From assembly GCA_905178155.1 (NCBI GenBank), contig CAJINV010000004.1, positions 1,178,881 to 1,242,880 of the forward strand: a stretch of 64,000 bases of DNA, written 5' to 3'. The DNA is from Amoebophrya sp. A120 (Eukaryota > Protista > Dinoflagellata). Positions 47,901-59,729 of the stretch are shown in pieces. Made by a program: the position numbers and the translations under genes. Position 1 is the stretch's first letter. The number at the start of each line of letters is the position of its first letter. Below the pieces are notes generated by a model. It searched no databases and was not told the origin of the DNA. It saw only the letters and a program-made list of their open reading frames with translations.

Positions 47901-48984
47901 TTTCAACAATCTCGATTACTTCGTGCCTACTTTTTCGAAATAATGGTGGAAAAAAGCAAGGTGTCACAGCAGGGTCCGAACAAGCAAACCCGGCGTGGTA
48001 TTTTGCTAAAAAAAAAAAATCGGGAGTGTATCTACTTCCAAGGCTCTAGTAGTATTTCGCCTGGACGAAAAGATGAGCAGTAGAGCTGAAGAACAAATCA
48101 AATTCCAAGAACTGTTCTAGAAAAAATCTTCGGTAGTTGCAATCTCATCTACATGGATCCGTGGCCGCAGTGGGAGGTCATCTTGTAGGGACTCCTAAAC
48201 AAAACCTGTGCCAACGGCCGGATCTTCAAGTAAGTACCTAGAAGAATTGGCCCCGCAAGCCAAGGTGGATCCGACGGCGGACCTCTACCTTGCTTGCTGG
48301 GTTGTAAATGTAATATAGTTGTTCAGTGGAACGAAATAAAAAATGAGCAAAATAGTCAAAACGCTTTAATTCGTAGTGTCAACAAATTACACTCATCAAT
48401 CCGCAAGTAGCAGGCTCCGCGCTTTGTTGTGTGAACAAAGGGGGGAGCGGCTCTGACAGGATTGGCAATGCTGGGTTGTATTCGAGTTTCGTAAAAAAAA
48501 ACGGACTGCGGGCGGCAGGAGGTGGAGCGGCGGTATTTACTGCTAAGCAGAGAGTAAAAATCTAGGTCGGTTCCTATCAAGTGATGAGGCAACTTAACTA
48601 CTTACATGGTGCGCAAGCATAAAGCGAAATCGAAAAGTGAAGTCGTCGAAAGTGGTTTCTCACATAGTGTAAGGCGGAAAAGAACAATGAAGTCCGCTAT
48701 ATTTCCCGGGGCCCGGCCGTGCTATATCAGGCTAGACATAAGTGAATTAGCATTTACACTAAGCAGCTGCAGCTGGAAGCTAAAGCTCAGGAAAAAAAAA
48801 AGTAAGCGGAAAACATGTAAAAACTGAAAAAAACACTTCCATCGAGATTGGAGATAATTTACAATTACAGCTGTGAATTGAATTCAATAAGACCGCTAAG
48901 AACTTTAGGAGACTAATCGCAAAATGTGGATTAGGAGTCCTGTGTGCGTCTGTAGTGGTGCTTCAAGTAGTGTTCAAAAGCCCA

Positions 48985-49224
48985 TCAAGAAGCCATAATA
49001 TACGCAATCTCTTTGCCTCCATCTCGTTGTAAGTACTTATCATTCCACATGCTATCTGAGCGGTGCACCATCTGGAGTGTATTTATCTCTCTCCTCACGG
49101 GAAAGTCACGATCTAAATCGTACGTATGCACTTGACCGAAAAAAGGAATCAAAGGGGCAGGCGTGAACACACAAACGAAATTCATCAGCACAAGGAAAGG
49201 CGTGATCGTGAAAACACCTTTCAT
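48985..49224 (-). CDS. Possible small membrane protein (79 aa)
   Basis: MKGVFTITPFLVLMNFVCVFTPAPLIPFFG...; protein-like composition on the cluster strand; no recognised family. Confidence 0.35.
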   Translation of the reverse strand: MKGVFTITPFLVLMNFVCVFTPAPLIPFFGQVHTYDLDRDFPVRREINTLQMVHRSDSMWNDKYLQRDGGKEIAYIMAS

Positions 49225-49357
49225 TATTGTGCTTGTCTTTGTTCTAGTAGGACAGCACGACAGCAGCACTTGTCTTTTTCATTGCGCGCTCGTGAAAAGA
49301 TGAATGCAAGACAAAAGATGCAGGAGAGAGGTAGGAAAGAAGCTCGAGGTCGGGCTA

Positions 49358-52300
49358 TCAGGCTATCAAGCATTGCTTCACCATGCGCTTCACAAAATCT
49401 ACTCGCTCAGTATCCGTCTTTAGCAACTTCCAGCTATCCGCGAGGGTGTCGATGATGAGGATCCTAAATCCTAAATTTCTTATTGCTTCATGCCGCGCGC
49501 GGGTGAACCCGCGCAGGACATAATCTTGGGTACTACTATTATAGGTGTCTTCCTTGTGAAATGCGGTTTGATGTCCTCTACTTTTCGCGCAGCGTACGTT
49601 ACCGAACGAAGAAGATCCACCGCCGCCCCCGGCCCCGCCAGTAGCAGTGAGGAAAACATCACTCACACCGATCGCCTCCACAACAAGGAATCGACCCACG
49701 CACATCCGCAAGGTCCACGGTCCGGCTTTGACTTGCCGGATTTCCAGGAGGCTTGAGCTGCTCGCTCGGCTGCTTCTCGCAGTAGGTGTTGGTACTTGCT
49801 TCAACATTGCGTCGTGGTGGAATGAACCACCTTCAGTTTCTGATTCTGTTTTGCGTGGTGAAGCTGCAGTAACACGAGTAGAAGCTCTTTCAAACCAGTG
49901 CTTTAGCCTCGTCTCCCCGATCTGCAACAAGGCTTTCTTCAAATTCCTTGCAACCGCTCGCTCGTGGGACAGGAGGGGGACTTGTTTGTCAGGCGGGACT
50001 ACAGCATTTACAGCTTGTTCTTCTACACAGGAGAAATACGCTGCTGCATTCCCGTTCTTGCGCCCGCTGCTCGTGCCATGATCTGAATAAACTGCATTGT
50101 CGCAAGCAGAAGAACAATGAGTACTATCATGAGTAGAAAAACTACTATCGAGTAGCGCCCGGGCAAAGGTCAGCGACCTACTACTCGTCACGAGAAACGT
50201 GTTTTCCAAGTGAGTGAGACCAAGCATGGCCAGCGGTTTTTCTTCGCACACAGCCGCAGCAACACATACACGGATCAGATCGGCTTGCGTTGGTGAAGAT
50301 GGGGGTCGTCGTGGTTGCGGCCTGTCGCGGACTCCTGCAGGAGGTACTTCCTCGGAAAACAAGCCCTCGAATGATGAGCTTCGCAATTGCTTCTCTACTT
50401 CGACGAGTAATCTTCGTCGCACTGTGTGGACGACAAAAACCCCCTCCCGATGCGCCGGGGAGCGACCCAGTTTTGGATGTTCGTCCACCTTGTTACAGAT
50501 GATCGTCCCGCGTTTTCTGAAAACTCCGAATTTTGCGAAAGCGTACAGCATCTTTCCCAGATCTGCGAAGTCTACTTCCAGAGCAGGCCCTCGTGCTGCG
50601 GGATCTAGTTCTACCTCGGTCGGTATTTGTTCCTCTTCTTTGCTACCGCAGGAGGAACTCATTTTACTTCTCGCCGGAAAAATTTCCTCTAGCCTGGTGC
50701 CACTGGTTGCAGCTGCTCGTGTGCACCGGTCGGACGACGCAGTCAGCTCTTCCAACCGCTGGCAGATCTCCAGTGCTAAATCTTCTCGAAAGACCACGTC
50801 GTGCTGCGCGAAGATGTGCGCGAAGTTAGCCAATTCCGCGAAAGAGCTCCGTCTCAGGAGATTTTGTCTCGTGATAGTCTCCTGCTCTAACAGCGTCGAT
50901 GCCAAGCCACGGCAATCTTCAGGCGACTGGATCAAGTCTAGCAGGTCTGACAAGCTCAAAAAGAACGCAGGTCCTGCGCTAGAATTCGTTTCTGTCAAAG
51001 TGATGTAGTTGTTCTTGCGGTTATTTATTGGTCGCATTTTTTCCTCCTCTTCTCGACTTTTGGCACACAAAATCCGTAGCAATCGTAAATTTTCCTCCGC
51101 TTGTCCCTGTCCGCTGTGAAGACCAGCAGAAGTCTCACGTGACGCTAGCAAGCCACCACTTGTGACCGCAGCACTTCGCTCCTTCCATCCCGCAACCCTC
51201 AGCTGGTGTCGGGACCGGGCCAAGCCCCAAGATGGAGCGGAGGGAGGTGCAAAAATCGCTGATGAAGAAGATTCCGCAGACATTTTCGCCAGTTTCTGCA
51301 CTTGCTTGACAAACACCGCGGTTTCCCGGGCGCGAAATTGCTTTTTGTTTTTTTTGAAAAACTGCTGCGCCAGTTGCAGAAACTGGTTCGCGTTTTCATG
51401 TACTTGTTCGACTGTGACCACCTCCGAGGCAGATGATGTTGAACTGGCGTAGGATCTTCCGTAGTTGCTATGTGAAAAATCCTCTAGCTGCCCATCACTT
51501 GTTTTTAAACTTCCCTCACGCGGACCGCCTATCGCCGCAAACACTTCCAGGCCCTTGCAAATCTGGTCTGGCTGCCACTTCCCCGGGCTTTGCTCCAGTC
51601 GCTGCCGCAACACATCGGGCAGCCGGGTTTCTACCAGAGTTGTGGCCGCCATCGACGAAAAGTAGGATGTTGACCACAACCTCGCCCTGGAGCTGAGTGG
51701 AGAACTTGTTGATGTTGTGTCAGACGGAGACGACAAATTGTAACCACAGTTGCCCCGTCCACCATGGAAGGGCAAGGAGTACTTGTCCTCAGTACAATTC
51801 ACACTCCCTGTAGAAGTTCTGGGCATCAGCAACGGACCTCCAGCACACGACCTTTCCTCCAATTTGACTATCGAGTGAGAAAAGTCAACCAATTCCTTCA
51901 CCGGAAGAGCTGTGCACACTCTCGTCCCGTGTTGGCACAGCAAAGCCGGGAGGTCGGGGGTTATTTCAAACTGATCAGCTTCCACCGGGCGGTCGTTGCC
52001 ATGTCCACCTCTGAGTTGTAGTTTCTGAAGATGATTTATGTTGTAAAATCCCTTCGCACTTTCCACCAACGTGAAAGGGCAAACTTCCTGTGACTGCTTG
52101 GTAGCCAGCACGTCGACGAATTTTTGTTGCAAGAAGGAAAAAAAGTGGTGACGGAGGGTGGGGGGTAGAAGATCTTCATGGTCCTGCTCCTCTCCGCCCC
52201 GTTTTATTGTCTTCTGCGTCGTTTCTCCTGTGCTACCAAGCGAAAAAACATTTCTCTTCGCCTTTGCAATCGATGTCAGAAGCGCGGGCAGGCGCAGGAG

Positions 52301-55300
52301 TATTTCAGGAGCGATGTTTTTAACATGTTCTTGCGGAGTTGCAGTTTTTGACTCAGGCAGCGAACCTGCAGTCGACACAGTTGAATCTTGACCGGAAATG
52401 CCAACCGTTGACCTCGAAGTCGTCCCTAGCTGTAGCAGCCTCGACACACAAGGCTGCAGAAAGGTCTCTCGCAAGTCGTCGACTAAGAAGCCGCTCCTGC
52501 GCAATTCCCAACACACCTTGGCTACCTGTGTCTGCGTCATTTTTGGCAATTGTTTCCGAAACGCGGTTCGCCACTGCTCCTGCATCAGGCTTCTGGCTTT
52601 CAGCTGGTTCTGACGGTAGGCTTTACTTCTACCAGTTGTTGTTCCGCTAGCGATTTGAAACAGTGTGCTTCGTTGCCCATTTTTACCGGAGTGACCGATC
52701 ACGGGTTGATTCAAGTTAGCCACTGCGCCGAGCAACTCCACGAAGGTTGCGCAATCCAGCGTTCGCAACGCGGGTAAGACAATCTTCTCCGAAATTTCGC
52801 CGAAAACTTCGCGACAATACTCGTCGCGCGACAGGCGCGGGAGCTTGCTGTAAGTCAACAAAAGCGACACGGCGTCCCTTTTGTCTTTGGTTGTCTTCAA
52901 AGCTGGGAGTAAGCGGGACACCTCTCGGTGGATAACTGGCAAGAGCAGTTTCGGCTTGTTTTTACGCGTATGGCTCAGTTGCAAGGCCAAAAGCTGCCCT
53001 CGACAGGAGCCTTCGCCACCAGCAGATGATGTGCCAACATAATTCCCGCCTCCGTACAGAGTGAGCAGATCCAGTTGCTGCAAATCGGCTACCGCTTGCG
53101 CCAGCTCGCGAGGCCCGAACAGTGGGAGTTTTTCGATAATCGCTTCCGCAAGGGTGGGGAGAAAAGTTGTGTTCCCAGACCGCCCGTAGCCGGAGGATTT
53201 GGAATCGTGGGCTTGGCGGAGGAGGTCGAAATCGAGTTGTTGTGTTCGGTCCGGAGCTGGCTTTCTGGTGTTCTGTTGTTCATCCGAGCTGGAACGATGT
53301 TGGCACTTTTCCTCCTCGGCGTTAGGAGCCACGTCCCAAAACTCGATACTGGCGCCGTCTGGGGCGTTTTCTGCTACACCCCAAGAAGTCCTATGATCGG
53401 GTAGTTCGCTAGAAGCCTCCGAGCTGGTCTTCTGTGTGGACATTTTCTCCCCAGTGGAGGGTGGTAGAGAAATCGCGGCAGCTCTGATGTCTTCACACAT
53501 TGATCTTGATGTTGATGTTGGTCCTTCTGACGATGTTACAACTTCAGACACCCGTCGTGAGGAGGCCTCATTTCCCGACGAGCTTCCTGCCAATTGGTCC
53601 ATGTAGTCGCTACTGGCCCGCATTTTCGGAAAATAATTCCGAAATTTCGGGCACTTGCTGTAACATTTCGCCAGCCCTCGCAAAACCGCCAGCTGCGCTA
53701 CACAGGAAAGCTCTTTCACTTCCAGCGCGGCGAAATGGTCCCAAACCGCGGGCAGGGATGCAGTTGATGTTGAACAAAGCGCGTGACCCTCACTACTAGC
53801 GGCAAAGTGACAAGCGAAATGTGAAACAAAAGTGACCAGTCGCGTCACATCCATCGGGTGGATCAGTTTGTTCACACCGTTTTTGCTTTTTGCTGTTCCC
53901 CCGTGGAAATCCTCCTTCATCCCGTCGGCACGTCTGCCTGATGTCTCCACAGGAACACCACAGCTGCTCCGGCTGCTTCCTCCATTATGTGCGGCCCTGC
54001 TAAGTACCGGGAGAAATCCGTCTGCCACCGTTTTCGCCTGCTGGTAAAGTTCTCTTTCGTACTTTACACACAAGTGCGCAACTAGGGACAGCTGCTCCAC
54101 CGTTGTTAATATCGGCTGACCACCTTGATGGGGGCTTTGATACTGCGCTTTATTCGTGGAAGACGACGAGGAAGAGGGGAAAAATGACCTCTCTTCAGCG
54201 AAGATTCCTTCTGACGCCACACGAGCGGAACCGATCCTGCGGTCGCTCTGAATCTGATCCTCACCAGCATGAAGATCTTCTGACGCGCCAGAACCTCGTC
54301 CAGCAAGAATTTGATTTCCGTTTGTTGAAACTACACCTGAAGATGAACTCCAATTTCTGTACAAACTCGCCGTGGATTGCACAACAGCTTGGACGACCTC
54401 TGCAGGTATCCTCGGCGTGGTTTTCTTTGCGAGAAATCCGATGAACCGAAAAAGATCGTGGTTCGGCAAGCCGTCAGTGGCGGCAGGAATTTCGCCGTGC
54501 TATCAAAAGGAAAAATCCCCCCTCCCCATATCAAAACCAAGTTTCTGATGCAGGATTTGCGTACACAAATAAGATTTGTCTTGCTGGAGAGGAATGCAGC
54601 CCCATACTAAGCCTAAGTAGCGAGGTTCTGGCCTAGGCGTCTAGCATGAGACACGTCCGTGCTGTAGGCCCATCAGCATCACAAACCGCCTGCACAATGC
54701 CGCGGAGCTTGTGGAGTTGCCTTCTTGCAAAACAGACGCGATTTGTGGTCTCAAATCAGCAACACAAATTTCCGGAAACATACCTTTTCGATATGGGGAG
54801 GGGGGATTTTTCCTCTTAATACGTGCCGGTCCGAATCTGTGACCAGGTGCTCGAGAGTAGAAAGCTTGTTTCTTCTTCCTTTCTTTTTCTTTGCTTGATC
54901 TTGATCTTGATTTGCTTTCCCACTCATTCTATTTGGCTTCGAAGACTTCTTTGCATCAGCAACAGTGGTAGAATTTGTTGGAAGCGCTGGAATCTTGCTT
55001 TGATGGTGGACAAAGCTAGCCTTGAGCTTCTCGAATTCGGTGAGGACCACAGGTCGCTTCTCCTCGTGATCAGCATCAGATGCCTTTCCTTGTTTCCCGA
55101 GGATTTTTCCGGCTTTTATTTCTGGCACTAGCTGCAGTGCGGGCTGCTTTGTTCCCATTGTCTTTCCTGCTGTAAAAAGCTTGCCGCTCCTGTCGGACGT
55201 ACGGTGTGTTGTCGCGGAGAAGCTGCAGCTGCCTGAGGAGCTAGTACTACTTGAGGAACTACAACTGCTTGAGGAGCTACTGCTTGAGGAGCCACTGTAA

Positions 55301-55605
55301 TTTGAGTAACTCGTACTATTTGACGTGGCGAGAGGAACAATACCACCACGTGAAGTAGACGACGACGATGAAAAAGCACTGCTACAACTTGAGGGCTCTG
55401 TCAGCTTCAAATTATCAATCCGCTTGTTGATTATGGATTCGCCTTTCAACACCCGCGACTTGGTCCGATCGGGGGTAGCGCCGGCGGTCGTGGGTGCTGT
55501 AGTTCTGTTCGGCAAAGATTTCTGCCTCCCGCCCTGGACGAACATGGACTGCAAACGAGCCATGTCGTCGGCAAAAGAACTACTAGTGCGGCGTGGAGCG
55601 GCCAT
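49358..55605 (-). CDS. RAP-domain helical-repeat RNA-binding protein (~1973 aa), probably organellar
   Basis: C-terminal LVVEAIG...LRGFTRARHEAIRNLGFRILIIDTLADSWKLL matches the RAP pattern; repeats such as FGPRELAQAV, MTQTQVAKVCW and WQPDQICKGL resemble HPR/OPR repeats. The two ORFs join in frame (DRHGEIP) after removing element 54501-54821. Confidence 0.85.
54501..54821. mobile_element. TIR introner family E
   Basis: TATCAAAAGGAAAAATCCCCCTCCCCATATC...GATATGGGGAGGGGGATTTTTCCTCTTAATA; repeat CGTGC. Confidence 0.95.
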
Positions 55606-56435
55606 GCTCAAATTGATGTAAAGCCGAAAAGCGAATAAGTACTTGATGAAGGCCTTAAACTCAGTTTCTTTATGCAGGTGCAGCTTTCCGTAGGTTTTAA
55701 CAAATACAAACGTTCGCTCCTTCCAATTGATCAAACCTTCCAACTAAGGAGGAGTTAAACGCCGTGTGAACCAAATTTGTGCAAAAACTACAATCAACGA
55801 CCACCGAAGCGAAAGAAGAGTGACCGGAGTTTCGCTGCACAGAATTGATGTAAAAGCAGGACTTTTGATAACAACTCCAGAGCGCTGCTACTTAGTTTCT
55901 TTGGGCATGATTCTCTTCCGAATTCACGACACCGATAGTGTTCATTTTGCAAAAAATGAAGAAAGCCGCACACGACATGGTGGAACAGTTGCGGCTGACG
56001 TTGGAGGGTTTTGTCTCCTTTAACTTCTGGACTTTGCGCAAACGATCGATCCTGATCCATCGACGAGACGAAGACTTGAGGAGAACGGAAGAACTCTCAT
56101 CTCGTTATCGATCTGCTAGTACTGTTACCACCAGGAGACTGCGAGACCGTCGTCCATGATCTTCCTTCCCGGGGCCAACAACCGTCGCCGTGCGATCTTG
56201 GGATAACGCTCAAAGAGCCACTGAGCAGCTTAAGCCTTTCACTGCCATGAGAGGATTCATGTCCGTCTTGGCACCAAGGTCGGATGATAACAATGATAAT
56301 CTTCATTGCGAAAAGAATAAAAACAGTTTAGCTTTACTCATTAATGGTATACCGGCATGAATTCACATCGGCCAAGCTTCGTCGACGGCACGTAAAACGG
56401 AAAGAATTCAAAACAAGGACCGATCACTGCAATTA

Positions 56436-58903
56436 TCACATCTGCCCGCAATCAATATCGTCTGGCCAGATTTCGCATTTACGGCTCTCGCTACCCGCAC
56501 CAAAGGACGAATAATCATCCTTGAGCTGCCGCATGGTTCGCAGGATCACGCCCGGAATTTGGCACACTTGGGGATCGATTATTGCGTAGTGCGACGTCGA
56601 CCACCAGCTCGAACTATGAAATGCAAATACGTTTGGGGCTGGAGACTCGGCCCGCCGAGGTGTCACACTTCGGGACGCCAAAAAAAGCCATGTCCGAGGA
56701 GACTCTGCTTGTCACTCACACTGTGGGTGACAAACAGAGTCCCCAGCACAATACGAAAAGGTCTATGAAAGTTCCAAGCTCAAACATCTTTGCAGTGGAT
56801 AGGAACAGTGCTCATGCGATTCGTGGATCGTTCGATACGGTTTTTCCATCCACTTGTCACCGAAAAGTTCACGCGCCAACTCGATCACCCGGTCCGGAAC
56901 CGGAGCGGGCTTGGGCCTCGGCCAACCACCGAGCGGCTGCGGTTTCAATTTAAAAATCAACTTGAGGAGCTCCTGTTTCTTCTCGATTACTTCTTCGCTG
57001 TCGAGTAGGCGGCTACACAGCACGCGAAACTGCGTTTTCTCCTCGTCCGTCCGGTCTTCCTCCTTTTTCTTCTCGAGCTTCAGCAGCCGTTTCTCGTCGC
57101 GAGCGATGTTTTCTCTGTCGAATCCCAGGTACTCCTTGACCAAAGAGATGACCAAATCCGGAAGATTCAGCGACTTCCGCAGGCAGAGAATTGTGGGGGC
57201 GTAGGCAATCTGGATGTAGCATTTTCAGACACCATAGCATGGCTGCTCCTGCATCCTTCACCACCAGAAGAACCAGATCAAAGATAGAAAAGATACAGAA
57301 CGGCGCGACATAAACACTAAAACAAAACTGAAACAACATGTAAGACGTAGACGGGTGTCCATGTTTTCTCAATATAATCAGAAAGCACGAAAACTAAGTA
57401 CCTGCAGCAGGTCGTTCTTAATCCGGAAATAGCCGGGACAAAAGTAGCTGCATTGTTCCAAAATCTCTTCACTCAACAAGAAGCGCCGTGCGCCTCCGTC
57501 GAGAGAATGCAAGAAGCAGCTCAGCAGTGGATAGCACGTCATTGCGTCGGGCTTCGCCGTCCCGTAACGGAGTGCCCGCGGGTTATCCCAGCACAGGCGG
57601 AAACTCACTTGCAAGAACACTTGGCGCGCGACCGGCACTGGCGTCGGAACCGCACCGAGTTCGCATTTGAACCAGACTTCTAACGCGTACTGCGCCCCAT
57701 AGTCAGCCAGGTGGCACCAAGGAAAAGACCCGTGACTCGGCCTGCAGTCGTCGGCAAGATCGTCTTTTCGCTGTCCGTATCCGGTAGGAAGAAAAGCACC
57801 ATCGCAGACACATTTTTCCTGTCCAAAAGGCATAAAAGCACTTTCATGGCAGAGGTTTTCCCGACGGAGAAGGCACTCTTTCTGAAGTCTTCTCATGAAT
57901 TTTGCGAAGATTAAGCAATTTGCATGCAATGCTCTTCTTCCAGTGAGTAGCTTGCGTTCGAGCACGCTATTTGCGGCCTCAAAGAGCTCAACCAAAGGTG
58001 TGCGGCCCTTGTTGCAGGCCGCGTGCGCCAGGGCCCTCATGCGTTCATCCTTTAACAACGGGACCAAAGCCGGCCCGCTCACCATCCGCTCATCGTCGCG
58101 AAAATAGTTCATGCGATGTGTCTGGTGTTTTGAGTTTCAGAATGCAGCTGAGTTTGTTCGTGCATCTTCACGCTTTCTTCCGCGAAGACAAGATGCATCT
58201 TGCGCAACGCCGCCACAGTAACTACATCAGATGGGCATCAGAACAAAAAAACAGCTCAATAACTAGTCCTCACCTCCGTTTTCTTCCGCCCCAAGCACGC
58301 GGCGTGTATCGCCGTCCTTCCATGTTCGTCCCGCGCGGCAAACTCGTAAAAATCGTTCCGCTCTACCAGCAAGTACGAACACAACCCGGGAAAGTTGTGC
58401 TTTGCAGCCAAATGCAGCAGCGAACCGTGGCGGTTCGTTTTCATGTTTATCTGCTCCGAGTCCAGCAGTCTGACCTCCTTCATGATTGCCTCCTGCCATG
58501 CTTTCGGCTTCTTGCTCGGTTTGCCGGTTTCGAAGCATGTGCCGGGGTATTGGCTCTTCACGACGTTTTCGAAGAGACCGACGATCTTCTTCATCTTGGC
58601 CAGCTTGGCTTGGCCAACTTCACTCACATCGTCGTTGAGGGGGTAGAGGGGACTTCTCTTCTTTCTCTTGACACTACTGCCCTCAGACTCCTCGCCACTT
58701 CCATCGTTTTCTTGCTGGCTGTCATCGGAGTTGTCGTTGTTATCTTCCTCGTCCGAGCTGGTGTTTGCTTCGCTTCCGTTGTCACTTTCATTTTCCGACT
58801 CGTTGTCGTCCTCGGCCTCGTTGTCATTTTCCGATCCGTTTCCCTCCTCTTCACCACTTAACTGCGCCGGGTCCATTTCCGTATCTTGATCGTCAGCTTC
58901 CAT
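56436..58903 (-). CDS. Ankyrin-repeat-containing protein, tandem paralog 1
   Basis: HGSLLHLAAKHNFPGLCSYLL and ARDEHGRTAIHAAC are ankyrin motifs; ORFs 58256-58903, 57378-58112, 56763-57155 and 56436-56681 are collinear with paralog 2; some exon edges are approximate. Confidence 0.8.
56615..56801. mobile_element. Diverged short A-like TIR introner
   Basis: TATGAAATGCAAATACGTTTGGGGCTGGA...TTCCAAGCTCAAACATCTTTGCAGTGGATA; repeat CGAAC/GGAAC; removal gives HCSSWWS, matching paralog DCSSWWS. Confidence 0.88.
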
Positions 58904-59729
58904 TTTTCGTGTGTAGGTGGAGGGTTGTTCTGCAGTGCGCGAGGAAAACTTCGTCGCAAGACGACGAAGCAGAGCGAAGTGTGATCAGGACGCAAAACTC
59001 AAACAGGCATGTCTGTGGGTTGATGGCGAGTTTTTTTAGCTCGATAGAGAACCTCACTTCCTCAGTGGATGAACCAATTATCTCAAATAAGCAGATCGAT
59101 ACAAACGACAGAAACTGTAGTCTTAATGCTGAGCGTGGTGAGACATACTCAAAATTTGCAGGGGGGTACAAGTAACAACGAAAGTCAAGTAGAGCCACGG
59201 CGTGGAATTCAACACTACCCGCCGCAGAACAAAGACGCGTATGACACCAAGCCCGGCAAAAATGGACGTCCAGAAAGCGAAAACGAATTGTCGCTCATGG
59301 CCAGCTAAGGGCGCCGCTCCAGTGCGCACCTGTACTTCATTTTTCTCTAGTTGCAAAGTTTAAGTTGATTGTAGCTCTACCAGTTCAGCCAGTTTCTCAC
59401 GTTTGAATAGAGATTTTTTGCCCTGTTGAATCAGAAACAGATGGATCCAGAAAATTCGGAATAAGGATGTAAATCAAGAAAGCTCATTTTCCGTCTGCAG
59501 AGTTGCGTTTATTGAAGTTTTCTTACTGCTGATATTTGTCGAGAAGTTGTGCACTGCTTCTTGTAGTACTGCGACGGTGATTTTAAAGCGACTCCCTCTT
59601 TTCTCTTTCCGGTTGAACTTGCTGCTCGGCTGGATAGGTCGTTGTAACAAACTTGTTCTGTAGAAGTGACTCCGCTTCATCTACCTACTTACAAATGTCA
59701 ACTGCTGCTCTCTATTTTGAAAATGTTCC

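Noticed and set aside
46400-48300. Possible small exons (MSAATADVSS... near 46975; exon-like pieces at 48120-48300)
   Set aside because: No recognisable homology or reliable splice model.
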